Of a stretch of DNA of 64,000 bases, positions 1 to 15,447 are shown piece after piece (within the stretch, counting starts at the first letter, position 1; each line of letters begins with the position of its first letter). The notes beneath the pieces were generated by a model. The model had not been told where the DNA came from. It saw only the letters and a list, made by a program, of their open reading frames with translations, and did not search any database. This stretch comes from Octopus vulgaris (Eukaryota): NCBI GenBank assembly GCA_951406725.2, contig OX597820.1, forward strand, positions 43,090,001 to 43,154,000, written 5' to 3'. The position numbers and the translations under genes are program-made.

Positions 1-655
1 TATTTCATTCAGAGATACACACAGACCAATAAATAGTCCAGAGGCTCACATCCCACTGCCTTATCTTCCATACTGTTATGGCCTGAGACACTCAAAGCTA
101 TTGGTTTTGTTACTCCTGCATTAAACAATACTTAAATCAACTGCATCCGTATATCTGGTTAATATTTATTTGTCTAAGACTCCAGACCATGCACTCACCG
201 CTATACATTTCTCCCTAGAACGTTGCCCTCCAGCTGACCTTCCAGAAGATCAGTGCAGATCTCCTCACTTCCCTCCTACAAACAGTGAGTCAACTGCCTA
301 AGTATCCGATTTGCACACACTTTCCATTACCTATAAATTTTCATCATCTTTTTAACGTAATGTGACAAGTGTTTTTTAAGCAGCAAGCTCACTGATTGTG
401 ACTCGTCCTTCCGCGCGAATCAGTTTCTCCACTCACTGATGACTCGCGGTTTCCGATGGTCCCACACTGCATGGCTTACCATCTCTAAATCTTATTTATC
501 CGTCTGCACATATTCCTCTTCGAATGCTGTAATCTTTGTAAACAATATATAACCATTTGTGGATGTCGGAGGGCCTGCAACTCTCCTACATTAAGAAATC
601 CCTGATGACATGATACCTTTGTTTGGAACCCTTTATTTGCCTGCGAAGAATAGGG
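1..655 (-). mobile_element. Degenerate mariner-like transposase fragment
   Basis: Hand translation of the minus strand gives IHKWL..VY, RFRDG, VEKLIRAEGRVTISELAA and ICTDLLE, matching the mariner HTH/linker region. Many stops. Confidence 0.5.
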
Positions 656-833
656 AAACTTATCTACGACAAAATATTTGCTTTATTAACATAGGTAATT
701 TGACCGACTGATGTCAGTTTGTAAAAAAAGTTATGCCAAAAGAAGTTATGCATTTCGTTCGGTAGAACACTTGTGTGTATGTGTGTGTGCGCGCGCAAGT
801 TTGTTTGTTGTATATACACATATATACGCATGA

Positions 834-867
<34 letters not shown>

Positions 868-2040
868 ATGTACGGATGTATGTATGTGTACAGACACACA
901 TGCCCTTGTGTTTATGTGTGCGTGTGCATGTGTGTGTATAAATGTTTGCGCATTCATTGATTGTTAAAATACACATAAAAGGCGGAAATGGAATTCTATT
1001 GTCATAATGAAAGTAATGAATATTTGATGTATAGTTATCTAGTTAATTTAGATGATAACAGAAATTATTGATTAGAAGGGAGATCCTACTGTCACGAGCA
1101 GGTTAACTAGAATCTATTCACTATATTACAAATTTACTAGATAATAGCTAAAACTTTACCATTCTTAAATAATATTTTGTCTAAAATTTGTAGGATTCGC
1201 GCCTCCTTCAAGATGGCAACGGAAATAATTTAATGTATATTTTCTGATACTCATTGCTAGAATAATAAGAGTTTATGCCTTGAAGCGCATATGATGTCGT
1301 CAAAAGACATACAGGAAGCAATTGAAGTATGAAGAAAAAGATACGATGAGCGAAAAAATAAGAAAAAAATTCACATCGCAGAAAGAAAGAATGGGGAAGA
1401 GATATGAGAAATAGAAAGACGGAAGTGTTTGTGAAAGAAATAATGAAAGAAGGATACAAGAGAAATGAATATAGTTGCCAAAACAACCTTGCCATATTTT
1501 ACTAATCAAACGGAAAGGAAAAAAAAATAGTAGCGCCTGGTAAAATAATCGACAGAAGTGGTATAATGCTGACATCAAACAGACTCACTGGAGATTAACT
1601 TAGGAAAGTCATCTCACCACTGAAGAATGTAGTTCTTATTACTTTCTGTTCCCAACTAGAAGACTACCAGACATCGAGGCGTTGTTTTCTCAGAAATTGT
1701 ATGAATTCTTCTCAAAGCTTATCTAATTTTTATCCATTACAGATGCGCCAAAGAGATAATCCATGAACATGATTTCAGTTGTCCCAAAACACCATCTGAT
1801 ATTTCTCTTGGGGATTTTTAATTCATTATTTCTAAAATTGACGTTAGTTCTACTTTGAGAAAGGGAAGCACTTGATTATTCAAGCTTCATTCACTCTTAA
1901 CAGCTATCCCCATAAATCTTTTCTTGTCTATATCTGTTTTTCTATCGCACTCTCTCTCACACACTCTCTATCATTCTTTCTCTGTCTATGTCATCCTTTG
2001 TGCCTCTATTTCTTTACTTATTTTTCTCTCTCAGTCTCAC

Positions 2041-2112
<72 letters not shown>

Positions 2113-3880
2113 ACTAACTATATGTCTGTCTGCCTGCCTACCTGTCTGTCTGTATGTCTATCTAGCTCTCTATCTATCTAAGTGTTCTCTACCTATCTCT
2201 CTTTTAAAAATGAATTTATCTGCTTCTCTAACCATTATTTACTTTTTCAAGCAATCGAAACATTTTATATCTAATTCACTTTCCCTTTCTCTCACTATAT
2301 TCTACGTGCTTCGCAATTAGTATTTCTTTAAATACCTTTTCCAAAACAATCTCGTAGTCTCTTAAACGTAGTTCTTTAAGTCTTATCTTGATCAAACACC
2401 CCTTCACTCATTCAATAAATCTATGCAACTCCTGGATTCTAAAAGCTTCTTACACGTTCTTTCTCCTATGCTGTACGGTCTCTTAAATTATTTACTATTT
2501 TTCTAATATGCTTGTCTTCAAATTTAATCTTTACGAATATTATTATGATTATTTTCTGCCAAAAGAATATTTAAAGACATTTCTAAACAATTCGCCTTTT
2601 CCGAAAGTAACTTGAACATAATTCTTCGAATTCAAACACACACGTTTCGCCTCTACTCTCTCTCTCTTTCTCTCTCCCTCTCTTTCTCTCTCTATCTCTC
2701 TCTCTTTCTCTCTCTCTCTATTTCTCTCTCTTGCTCTCTCTCTCTTACGCACACACACACACACACAGACACACACACACAAACACATTCTATCTTTCTC
2801 ATATATTTTTCTTTCATTCTCATTGGATTCCTGTTATTTATCAGATATGTTTCATTATATATAGAAAGTTGGTTATACGTAATACAAAATGTTAACTATT
2901 TTTTGCTTCACTTCATCTATAAATTCTTATCCTTTTTATATCCCTTAAAAGAATATATTTGGTGGTGGTGGTGGTGGTGGTGGTGGTGGTGGTGGTGGTG
3001 GTGGTGGTGGTGGTGGTGGTGGTGGTGGTGGCGGTGGTTGTGGTGGTGGTGGTGGTTGTGTAGTTTGTCTCCAGATTTATACTGATAGTTCTTACATATG
3101 ACCTAAAACGATGTAACGGATTTCTGTCTGATTTTTTTCTTCAGTCACAGTGTACCTTGGACTACGTTAGTCATTGTGACCTTCCAATTTTTTTAAAGAT
3201 ATACGTGACGTACAAGAATATAGATTTAACCGTCACCTGTTACTAGGTTCGACGCTTGCTTCAGTAGATCACATATGCCCTTACCAACTGCCTAATCCAT
3301 AACATTTTATCCATTGCCATATTCATCGGTTTTGTATTAAATATATTCCATACCTAAAATATATTCCATGTCTAACTAAGGTGTATATGCAAGACTTAAA
3401 CTGTTGATGACTCTCTTTGAAAGACAGCGATCTAATTAGAGAAGTCAGTAACTCAAATGTACAAAGCGACGAAAAGAACAATGAGGCTAGTAATAGGACT
3501 GCTCTTGTAGCTCAATAACCTCTCTAACTTTATCCTTTCAACGAATGAATTTTTCAGCTATCTGGTTGGTGAAGTAAAGTATGTATATATGTATAAATGT
3601 CATAGTTCAGTTTTATTTCAAGATTTCTTAGGGAAAGGGCTGGTTTCTAACTTAGATCCTAGGCTCCTTCAATGGAATTGCAACCCGAACATGGCATTTT
3701 TGCATGTATGTATATGTATATGTGTTTTGTTTTATGTATGTATTCTCATGCATATAGTTGCATATCTAGACATGCTCATATATATTTAAATGATAACTTC
3801 TTGAAAGTTTAACAATTTTTTTACAGTTCAAATGATGAATTGGATCTATAGTCTTCGAATTAGCTTTCTTCTTTCTAGTT

Positions 3881-4711
3881 TTGAGAAGTCTAATTTCTCA
3901 AGATTGGTATTTAGACAGCTTATGCATATCCCAGGGCCCCTATAATGACTTTACTGACTTTGCTGACGACATCGCTCTTATCAGTGATTCTCTCTCCAAT
4001 GCCCAGTCTCTTTTACAATCTCTTGAACAAGCCTCAAATTGTGTAGGTCTTTACCTTAATGAGACCAAAACTGAATACATAAACAAGTGCCTGTCCAACA
4101 GTGATTGCATCATCCACACTCTCAACAGTGCACCTTTAAATATGGTTTCTGATTATAAATATCTTGGGTCATACATATCATCATCTGGAAAAGACTTTCT
4201 AACTAGAAAGGGTATGGCCTGGTCAGCCTGTAATGACATGCATAAGATCTGGTCATCAAATCTAAGTAGAGACTTCAAACTTCAAATATTCAAAGCCACA
4301 GTCGAACCAATCCTACTATATGGCTCAGAAACCTCGACTTTATCAAAGAAGCTTGAGAAGCGGTTGGATGGAACCTACACTCGCCTCCTTATGAGAGCTC
4401 AAAATCTCTCGTGGAGGCGCCATCCAACTAAAATGCAAATATATGGGAAATTACCACCTGTGTCATCTCTTGTGAAGGGTAGGAGAGTCCAGTTTGCTGG
4501 ACATTGTTGTAGAGCTGAAAAAGAAGTAATTTCTACTCTTCTCCTCTGGAAGCCATCTACTCGCAACACCAGAGGGCGCACACTCTCCTACCCTGATGTA
4601 ATCTCCAGGGATACAGGCATCCAGCAACAGGACCTCCGTAATGCTATGATGGACCGTGAAGTCTGGCGCAACATGGTAAATTCCATTGTCTCGACCACGG
4701 TCGAACAATGA
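3881..4711 (+). pseudogene. Partial RTE reverse transcriptase ORF (276 aa; N-terminal ~23 aa is read-through from flank)
   Basis: ORF track; RT domains 5-7 and the C-terminal RTE segment are uninterrupted. Confidence 0.8.
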
Positions 4712-4721
4712 TGATGATGAT
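3950..4721 (+). mobile_element. 5'-truncated RTE-clade LINE (RT C-terminal part) with short (TGA)n tail
   Basis: FADDIAL, GLYLNETKTE, YKYLGS, PILLYGSE, QFAGHC and AMMDREVWR motifs. The stop codon runs straight into tgatgatgatga. Confidence 0.88.
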
Positions 4722-4905
4722 AATTACAGGTATAAACATGAACTGGTACTCTAGATAGAATGACTGCAGATTTCTCAATAGTTCAGCGTTGGCATTTTCT
4801 TTACCACTCTCTACAGCTTTATGTTATCATCCGCTGGGCAGGTAATTTCCACAATTATACACAGTTTCTCTTCTCAAAAGAGAGCGTGTGTGTGTCTGTG
4901 TGTGA

Positions 4906-5046
<141 letters not shown>

Positions 5047-6229
5047 TGCTCTCGCGTGCGCCATTAAAGGGAGAGAATCACTTCTATGTCTTTTCTCGTT
5101 TTGTGTTGAAAATTCTTATCGGAAAGTGAAAATTGGAGAGACGATACATGTTTTTCATATGATTTTGATTTGTTAATAATGAATAGTCGAGTATGGTTTC
5201 ATCTCGCCTTATTTTAAGCGCATCAGTACAACACAACTCGAGGTTTTAAAGTTAGACAATCTAAAGTAATTTAAGAATTGAAATTAAAAAAGATGATCGA
5301 TTTTATTTTTTAACAGTGAAGAAAAGAAAGAATGATTAAGAGGGATACACGGAGAAAGAAAAAGGAACCTATTATGTGGTTCTTGAAAAATATTCTGCAT
5401 GTAATTATTCTTCTTTATATTTTTTGCGTCAGTGTAGTATTACCTTGCATTATGACTTTCTCTGTAGTCACATTTCTTTCTTTTCTGTACAAGTCAACCG
5501 TAGGTCCGCTTGGGTTCTTTGCGAGTACAAAGAATGAATTTCTGTTTGTGTCCTCTTTTCGCTCTGTCCGTCGAAATCATTTCGGACAAGTGTCCTTTCT
5601 GTTCCAACTAGCTATGGCGTCTCGCCATCAATTTTAATGGAAAGTATCTGAAGCCTAGCCAATGACGCCCATCGAACCGCTCTGTTTGTTGTAATAAGAT
5701 ATAGTATAACATAGTAAGTTTCTTATGATATCATTTGGGTAGCATTTGCTTGATAACAATAAATACTCCAAGCAAATCAGATTATCAAAATAATTTTGAA
5801 AACCTTTGTTGAATGCCGTAGGAAAGACGATTCCTAAAAACATTGCATGTGTCCAGAAGCCATTGTTGGGTTCCCTCCAATAAGAATCTAGAAGATTACT
5901 ATTATGTATAACAATGAATAGTCATGTGTGCGAAATGACCTGACAATAGCAGAATCATTGATTCACATTTTTCGTTCATCTTTTGCAAAATAAAAAAAAA
6001 AGACATTTTCGAAATTGAATACATGAGACAAGGAAATTATCTATGATCAAGGACAAAAATGGAAATAATAAAAATAAGCAGATAAATAGCAGATACCCGA
6101 AAATGCGAGTGATAACTGATGTGGAAGTTACTCATATACACCAATACATGCAAAAAGAATATGTAATATTCTCTACATGGTGAAAACTACTATATTACAA
6201 ACTTTTACACTATTGTACTGAAGCGTTAT

Positions 6230-6600
6230 TTCTATCTTTCACTTGTAACCATCATCAGATTGCAACCATGCCGGAGTGGTGCATCCAAGTGTTTAGTCAA
6301 ACAAATCGACCCTGTACCTATTTCTGTAAGCCCTTTACTTATTCTATCAGTCTCGTTTTGCCAGAATGATAGGATACGGGGACATAAAGAACAACTTCTA
6401 ATCAAGCAGCAAAAATCAAAGCACACACACACACACACACACATGTATGACGCACGTATTTCAGTTTACGCCTGCCAAATCCACTCACAAGGCTTTGGTT
6501 CACCTGGGACTATATTAGAAGACACTTGGGCAAGGTGCCGCAAAGTGGAGCCGAACCCAGTGATTGGAAAGAAAACATATTACCACACATACATGCCTAC
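6230..6600. mobile_element. Degenerate SINE-derived segments around a (CA)n tract
   Basis: caaatcgaccc...tattctatcagtctc and caaattccactcacaaggc-like segments recur in the window (e.g. near 46.6 kb and 51.0 kb). Confidence 0.35.
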
Positions 6601-6630
6601 ATTCATATCAGCTACATCTACTAAATTCTG

Positions 6631-7068
6631 ATTTAGTTGTTTGAAATATAAAGCTAAACATGTGCGCTGTTGTGGAGTTCAGCTCTCTAGCACGCATGCC
6701 GTTCAATATCTGTGAGGAAGCGAATCGGTGCTCCGTCATTGACAATTTTATTCTTACAGATTACAAATTTGCAACTGTATTGATAACTGTTTGGAATTTG
6801 GTTATGTTATAAAGTATTTCAGTTGGAGTCACCATGCAAAGAAAGGAAACAGTGGAGTCGTAATCTTAATTCATGCAGTAAGAGGAACAGTGAAAATATG
6901 AAAATATCTGAAATTCATCCTATAGATATTTAACGTTGCTGTTTTTTGAATTGCAGCGAATAACTGACCACTGATTCGCTTCCTCACAGATATTGAACGG
7001 CATGCGTGCTAGAGAGCTGAACTCCACAACAGCGCACATGTTTAGCTTTACATTTCAAGCAACTAAAT
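6631..7068. repeat. Inverted repeat, ~100-bp arms (6631-6730 / 6969-7068), ~240-bp spacer; MITE or fold-back-like
   Basis: aagctaaacatgtgcgctgttgtggagttcagctctctagcacgcatgccgttcaatatctgtgaggaagcgaatc reappears reverse-complemented with about 3 mismatches. Confidence 0.85.
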
Positions 7069-9672
7069 AATTTTTTATAAACCAGTTTATAGGAATGCTT
7101 TAAAGAATTTAAAATAAAAGATAACAATCACACGTGAATATTCACAAAATGTTTGAATTTTGTGTAGTTCCTGAACAGATAATTGTGTGTTTTGTATTTC
7201 CATGGGTGTTGAGAGATATTATATCTCTTATAACATTCCTGCTGCTACAACAGGAATGAATATATCACATAAATTTCATAGTATCCCATAATCAGTTTTG
7301 TAAAACATTAAGGCTTGTGTTGTCATCACAGCAATGCCAAGGTTCTTAGATCAGCACAAAAATTTTAACATTGAGTTGTCATTTGTATCAATCATGTTAT
7401 CCCAATAACAGGTCCCGCGTGTCTATAGCAGTAACTGCATTATGCTTTTTTCTACAATCACATTACTTCCATGAATGACACCATGTAATTAAACGTAATT
7501 GTAGCAAATATCAAATATACAAATATAGAAATGCCACAAAAAGCATGTTAATGCTATCTGAGCAACATTTTATTGCTACAGCAACACTGTGTTTACTGAA
7601 ACCAGAAACTTGATGGTTGGACATTTTATCAGTTAGTGATGGGTTATATTTATTATTTTTTTTAATGATCGAAAAAATGATCAAAGAATCGAAAATCATT
7701 TGAAGATCAGCATCAACTGGAACTCCTTCATCTTTGACACTTTAACTTTTTAATCCCCGTTCAGCAATAAAAAAAAAGTGTTCTATGATTATGTTCTGGT
7801 AATTTTTATTTATATATTTGTGTATTTTTATCTGTGTTTTAGTCTGATAAAAAAAAAATCCTTTTTTTATTGCACGTTATTTTTAACTGGTGATTCATTT
7901 TTTTTATATTTTCACTATTCCTCAGGAATCGATCTAACATCTTGCGTCTCAGCAGAAAGCAATTTTTTTCAAAGGAGACTAACTTTAGGATTAAACACGC
8001 CTGTTTAGAATTGATGAATGTGTATTTCTAGCAGTGTTCGTTGAATCTTGTAACTTTTTTAACCGGTGAGATTTTCTTTCACATGTGGCCTCTGTTTCAC
8101 GTGATAGTGTCTATAACTCACTGTCTCTATCCATTATGTTGCTCTATCTGGAAAGCATCCCATCTATCAATTTACACATTCATACTTCTGCATATCTGCA
8201 CTCGTTCCTCATTCCATATATCTGTCCATAAACCTCTTTATTTATCGATCTTTTCCCTTCTTTTCTCTCTTTCATCACACAAACATACACGCGCGCGTAC
8301 ACACATACATGCACACACACACACACATTCACAAACACATATATAACTGAGGTGTATTTTCCATGATTTGAAACCACAATGGTTGCATCGTGGAAGTCAT
8401 CTTAACCGTTCATAAACGCACAATGGCAACAACATTTAAATATTTCTTTGTCAAATGGTGTCAAAATTTTCCTCTGCAAAACTCTGATATGGTTTCTAAA
8501 ATCGTTACACTGCTTAAGATACGCACACACCCCTTTACACAACCACGCACACACACACACACATACACACACACACACTTATGCAGAGCATGCGTTGTCA
8601 CTTATGACTGTTAACTTCATATGTTTACGATAAGCGTTTTCATTAAACGGAATAAAGTGTCAGATATTTGTGCGGGCAAATACTTCACTAAAGTCGTTGG
8701 TAGATTACCATCAGGTATCCGATTAGACGTCAATGAACATCGCTAAAATCGAAACAAATCTAGGAATATTAGCGCTCTTTAACATGCAAATAATATTGAT
8801 CCACTATCTTATGACTCCACATAAATTTTGTTTAAAATATATGCATTTATCACTGAGAACTACTACGAATTATTTCACACAACTACGAACCAAGAAAGGT
8901 ATTTATAAATTCATGTCTTCCTTTTCAATCAAACCACTTAACTAAATTCGTTTTATATTCTCAAATTCTCGTCCGTCAACTGATATATTTTAAACAGTTT
9001 ACAGATATATTAAGTAGTCGATCAAATTAACTATTTATCTGCTATTTATTTTAAACTCTTTGAAAGATAATTACCTTACTAAATATTTTACGAGCTATGT
9101 ACCAACCTATTAAGACGTTTGTTTTCTTTAATAGTTGTTTTCTTTGCTATCATTTCCCTTCACGATATGATTTCGTTGCTATCTCTATTTTACCACTATT
9201 TCTAAATACTAAATTATTAATCGCTAAACACTAACTAGGTAAATAATGTACATGTCATGTATAAATGAAAAATTGTATATTTCTCTCATCATGAAAAAAT
9301 ATGGTCATCAATTCCACGTGAATATAACGAGCCCACTTGGTAACGTGTAAACGTTCCCTCCACGTTTTAAAAATAGACGCAAAGTACATTTAAAATAATA
9401 CATATGCTTTACAGCATGAAGATCGTTGTGGGTATTTTAGGCGAAGATTAACTATATCTGTGTAATACACGAGGTCGAGCACGGAATTTTACTAAAACAT
9501 TTCAAAAGTGGCTGGGGATCTTACATATAAAAGATGCCGGTCAAGCTATATATATATGGGGAAGCATATGTACTCCCCGATTGCTTTCACATAAGTTTGA
9601 GATCTTATCTATCTCTTGACCTAACATGGTAAGCTGTTTGTGAGATTCTGTATATATTTATATATATATATA

Positions 9673-11275
<1,603 letters not shown>

Positions 11276-12558
11276 TATATATAATATATATGTATGTACG
11301 TATATATGTATGTATATATTATGCTCTGAAATTGTTTTTTTTTTTTGACGGCATAACTTTGTCTCCATGATACAAAGTATAAAAAAGGTAGCAAAAGTGA
11401 ATTTACGCAGATTTTTTTTATATGCAGTAGATATTATGGTGTAAATTATGTTCAATAACCATAGCATTTTCTGTCAATTATATTGTGCAATTTCTCATCA
11501 ACGCATGCACAATATGTAATTTCACAAGTCTTGTATTACAGATGTTTGTAAAGTAGACTAAATATCGCATAGTAATTTCGTGCCATATTCAGAGTTTAAA
11601 AACTGTGTCTTTTACTATATTTTATGTAAAATTATGATTACATAGATAAACATTATTCAAATAAGATAGCAATTTGCATATTAGTTCACTGTATAACTAT
11701 CTTATAATTCAATTTAATACAAAAATAGTTTAACCTATCATAAATAATTTACTATCAAATACAATCACCAGCTACATCTTTCAGAAGTTTTTGACTCGTA
11801 AAAATATGGATTTATAATTGGAAAAATGCAAATAGATTCTGGTCATTGAACAATAGTTACGAAGTATATGAGCACTTGGGATATCAGTATACTAAGAGCA
11901 TATAACATAAATTTAAGAATGTATGCCATAATTATTGCAGTCGATTACTTCTGAAAAATCAAAATATTTAAATTCTTAAAAAAGTACATAATTGCCACAA
12001 GGAATTTGGTTGCATCTATGTACATAAAGAAAATTCTATTAACTAAAATAGTTTTCTTATAAGTTGTTGAAATATAACTTCACTTTGTTACACAAATTCA
12101 TGTCACTGGCAATATTTTGTAACATTGTTTTAGTTTCTTTTAACTCAAATCATGCAAACTGTCCTTGCCTCAAACTGTTCTGTATATATGTTCAGAGAAT
12201 TGAATGCCACTGTTATGTAAGTGAGGGCAAATCGTGTACGAAAGACAAGGAAATTGCCAATCCACCCATTCGATATAAAGGTTGGATTGTCATATTTATT
12301 ATGAATGTTATTTCGTTAAATATTGTTCAGATTTAAAAAGAAGGAAAAACAAAACGCCGGCTTCATATTCAAAAGTTCTGAATAGCGATACGTTTTCAAT
12401 CATTTCTTCAAAATTTTAAATTATCATGCACATCATTCAATATAACTTGAACTAAATTTTATTGTAACTTGTTACGAAGCACCCTTTAAATAAATTTAAT
12501 TTATTTAACACACACACACACGCACATACACTCAAGCACATCACAGACACCCATAAAC

Positions 12559-13080
12559 ACAGATTCCTCTATTTTACATAATATCGAGGTCTCTTTCTTT
12601 GTTTTGTTGTCTTACCATTTTTATCAATAAGTTACCTCCCGTACACCGCTATTCTTCTCTAAAGGCTAATACAGCTTACTTTGGTAAATCGCCACACATC
12701 GGTTGAGGACTCTACCCCGCAGAAGAACTCAATATAGACGCCTACTACATCGATTATTCTATGAAAAACATACCTATACCACCAAGGGAATTATATTCTA
12801 AGAAACTTTCGGAGAAAATTACAGACCTTATCAAGAGCATAAGATGGAAAGCTTTCTTTTACAACACGGAAGTGGACACTACAGGAAATATATTCTATGG
12901 TATAAAATCTAAGAAATTCCCTCAAAGATCAAAGGCTTGGAAAATTTCGAAGCGGACTAAAAAGCATTTTTCCGATGGCCGCATAACTGAAGAGATGGCG
13001 GCGTGGATTTCCACCTCGGCATCCGAAACTCGGAGTTTTATCATGGCTACCGAATAATTGTCACATATTACATTTACAGA
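12559..13080 (+). mobile_element. Internally deleted Penelope-like element (5' ORF start joined to hammerhead-bearing pseudo-LTR)
   Basis: YSMKNIPIPPRELYSKKLSEKITDLIKSIRWKAFFY resembles PLE N-termini. Both ends match the 56.7-57.0 kb element. Confidence 0.7.
12983..13041 (+). ncRNA. Type I hammerhead ribozyme (PLE-associated)
   Basis: AUAA-CUGAAGA-GAUG...CAUC-C-GAAA-CUC-G-GAG-UU-UUAU: conserved core, stems I/II/III, GUU cleavage triplet. Confidence 0.7.
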
Positions 13081-13092
13081 TATATATATATA

Positions 13093-13655
13093 ATGGAACA
13101 AAAGGCAATACAGGACAATAAAACAACAGGACAGATAGACGATACAAAGGCGAACAGGAAAAGACAACAGAAGACAGGAAAAAAGGACGGGTCATTCGTG
13201 TCTTTGTATCGTCAGTCAAGTTACAAGATGTCCTTACAGTTTCAGGCAGTTACACTTGAGACTGTTCTATCAAGTTGCCCTCACAAAAAACTAAGCTAAG
13301 ATCATTAGATTTTTTTGTAAGAGAACTAACGAATGTGTGTAACAACAAAGGTAAAAAGAACGGAGAACATGGTACACAATTACAAATACAAACAACAAGA
13401 ATATAACAACAGGTGTCTTTCGACTAAGGACGAATCAAATTGAGATGGCGTGTATTAAGTGAAAACCTTAAGGCAGGAACATAGGAGATAGACATAAGAG
13501 GTTTTGGTGGTCGGCAGTCAGGCCAAGAAAGCAAGATCATGGCTAGCTGGACGCCGGTCACGTGGAAGGCGGAGATAGGGATATGGGACTGCAGGATTAG
13601 AAAAAAATCAAAGAGACAGAGGGAAAGGTACAGGGCAGATAAACGCGAAGGCAAC
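13093..13655 (-). repeat. Unclassified repeat fragment between (TA)n tracts, possibly a PLE 3' end
   Basis: Complex sequence bounded by TA runs, with a CUGACGA on the minus strand but no complete ribozyme core. Confidence 0.3.
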
Positions 13656-13686
13656 ATATATACATACATATATATATATATATGTA

Positions 13687-13742
<56 letters not shown>

Positions 13743-13792
13743 CATATATATATATATACACATATATACATATATATATGTATATATATATA

Positions 13793-13823
<31 letters not shown>

Positions 13824-13896
13824 ATATATATATATATTATTGGTGAATTGAAGAAATGGAGCTGAACGCAGATTGAACAGAAATCGTTTTATTTCA

Positions 13897-13976
13897 TTCT
13901 ACACGTGTTTCGAAAGGCACAAATTACCAAAATCCGATTGAATAATGGGACCATATTGTGTCTTTCTCTTCAGGAA
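13897..13976 (-). ncRNA. Type I hammerhead ribozyme (left arm)
   Basis: Reverse complement of the 15368-15447 copy; core intact. Confidence 0.8.
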
Positions 13977-14592
13977 GAAAATAGGAAATCCGTTGGAAAA
14001 ACAAAAACAGAACAGAGGCGGAGCAAAAACAAATCGAACTATGCTCCTAAGAGCCCATGGCGAAACTGTTTATCAGTGTATGTTGAGAACCGGTGGCTGA
14101 AGAATTTAACGGGTCAGGCATCGGTCAATCATGTGGGTGAGGGTGGTGGATGTTCTTTGTGACCGAGAATAAAGTTCTGACTATTTAAGGAATATTGGAT
14201 GTTTTATAAGGGGCGAGAAAAAATCTACTTAGAGACGTGTGTGTGTGTATACTGTTCTATATATGTGTGTGTTGGCGTAGGGGTAGAAAACATTTTTTGT
14301 GTACGTGTGTGCGTTTGATCGTTCGGCTGTCAGTGGCTACTGCCGCGAGAACCGTTGGGTGGCAGAAAAAAAAAATATATGTTATGGTTTATGTGTGTGT
14401 GTGTTCATCTAAGCCTGCCTTGTCAAGGAAACCCCCCGCTGTGAAAAAACCAAGCCCCGTTTGTCTAACAGGAGTAATTCCCCTTGCAGTGGTTAATCGT
14501 AGATATCTTAAAGGCTATTTCAGAATTTGTTACCAAGGGCTATGGGTGCCGGTATTATTTATAAACGCTATTTAAAAGCCAGGATGGAATGG

Positions 14593-14930
14593 TCAATTTT
14601 GTCGGTGGCCGCCATTTGATGGGGGCATCGAAAAGGACAGTAAAAGCCCGTTTACCATCCGGCCTCTGGCAAACAAAATATGGAAGAGTTCGGAGACACA
14701 AAGGTTGCACTGCCTTCTGCCCCTATCAAATGGGAGGGCCACCGACAAAATTGACCATTCCAGCCTGGCTTTTAAATAGCGTTTATAAATAATACCGGCA
14801 CCCATAGCCCTTGGTAACAAATTCTGAAATAGCCTTTAAGATATCTACGATTAACCACTGCAAGGGGAATTACTCCTGTTAGACAAACGGGGCTTGGTTT
14901 TTTCACAAGCGGGGGGTTTCCTTGACAAGG
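14593..14930 (-). pseudogene. C-terminal fragment of a Penelope GIY-YIG endonuclease
   Basis: LEWSILSVALPFDRGRRQCNLCVSELFHIL followed, after a frameshift, by RCPHQ. This matches the PLE W-I-L...C-x-L-C..E...C-R-H pattern. Confidence 0.7.
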
Positions 14931-15367
14931 CAGGCTTAGATGAACACACACACACATAAAACATAATATATATTTTTTTTTGCCACCCAACGGTTGTCGC
15001 GGCAGTAGCCACTGACAGCCGAACGATCAAACGCACACACGTACACAAAAAATGTTTTCTACCCCTACGCCAACACACACATATATAGAACAGTATACAC
15101 ACACACACGTCTCTAAGTAGATTTTTTTCGCCCCTTATAAAACATCCAATATTCCTTAAATAGTCAGAACTTTATTCTCGGTCACAAAGAACACCCACCA
15201 CCTCACCCACATGATTGACCGATGCCTGACCCGTTAAATTCTTCAGCCACCGGTTCTCAACATACACTGATAAACAGTTTCGCCATGGGCTCTTAGGAGC
15301 ATAGTTCGATTTGTTTTTGCTCCGCCTCTGTTCTGTTTTTGTTTTTCCAACGGATTTCCTATTTTCT

Positions 15368-15447
15368 TTCCTGAAGAGAAAGACACAATATGGTCCCATT
15401 ATTCAATCGGATTTTGGTAATTTGTGCCTTTCGAAACACGTGTAGAA
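15368..15447 (+). ncRNA. Type I hammerhead ribozyme (right arm)
   Basis: UUC-CUGAAGA-GAAAGACACAA...UUGUGCCUUUC-GAAAC-ACGU-GUA-GAA; palindromic stem III (ACACGUGU), GUA cleavage site. Confidence 0.82.

Noticed and set aside
3580-3945. Sequence upstream of the RTE fragment as part of the RTE ORF
   Set aside because: No RT domain 1-4 motifs; probably a separate repeat or flank into which the truncated RTE inserted.
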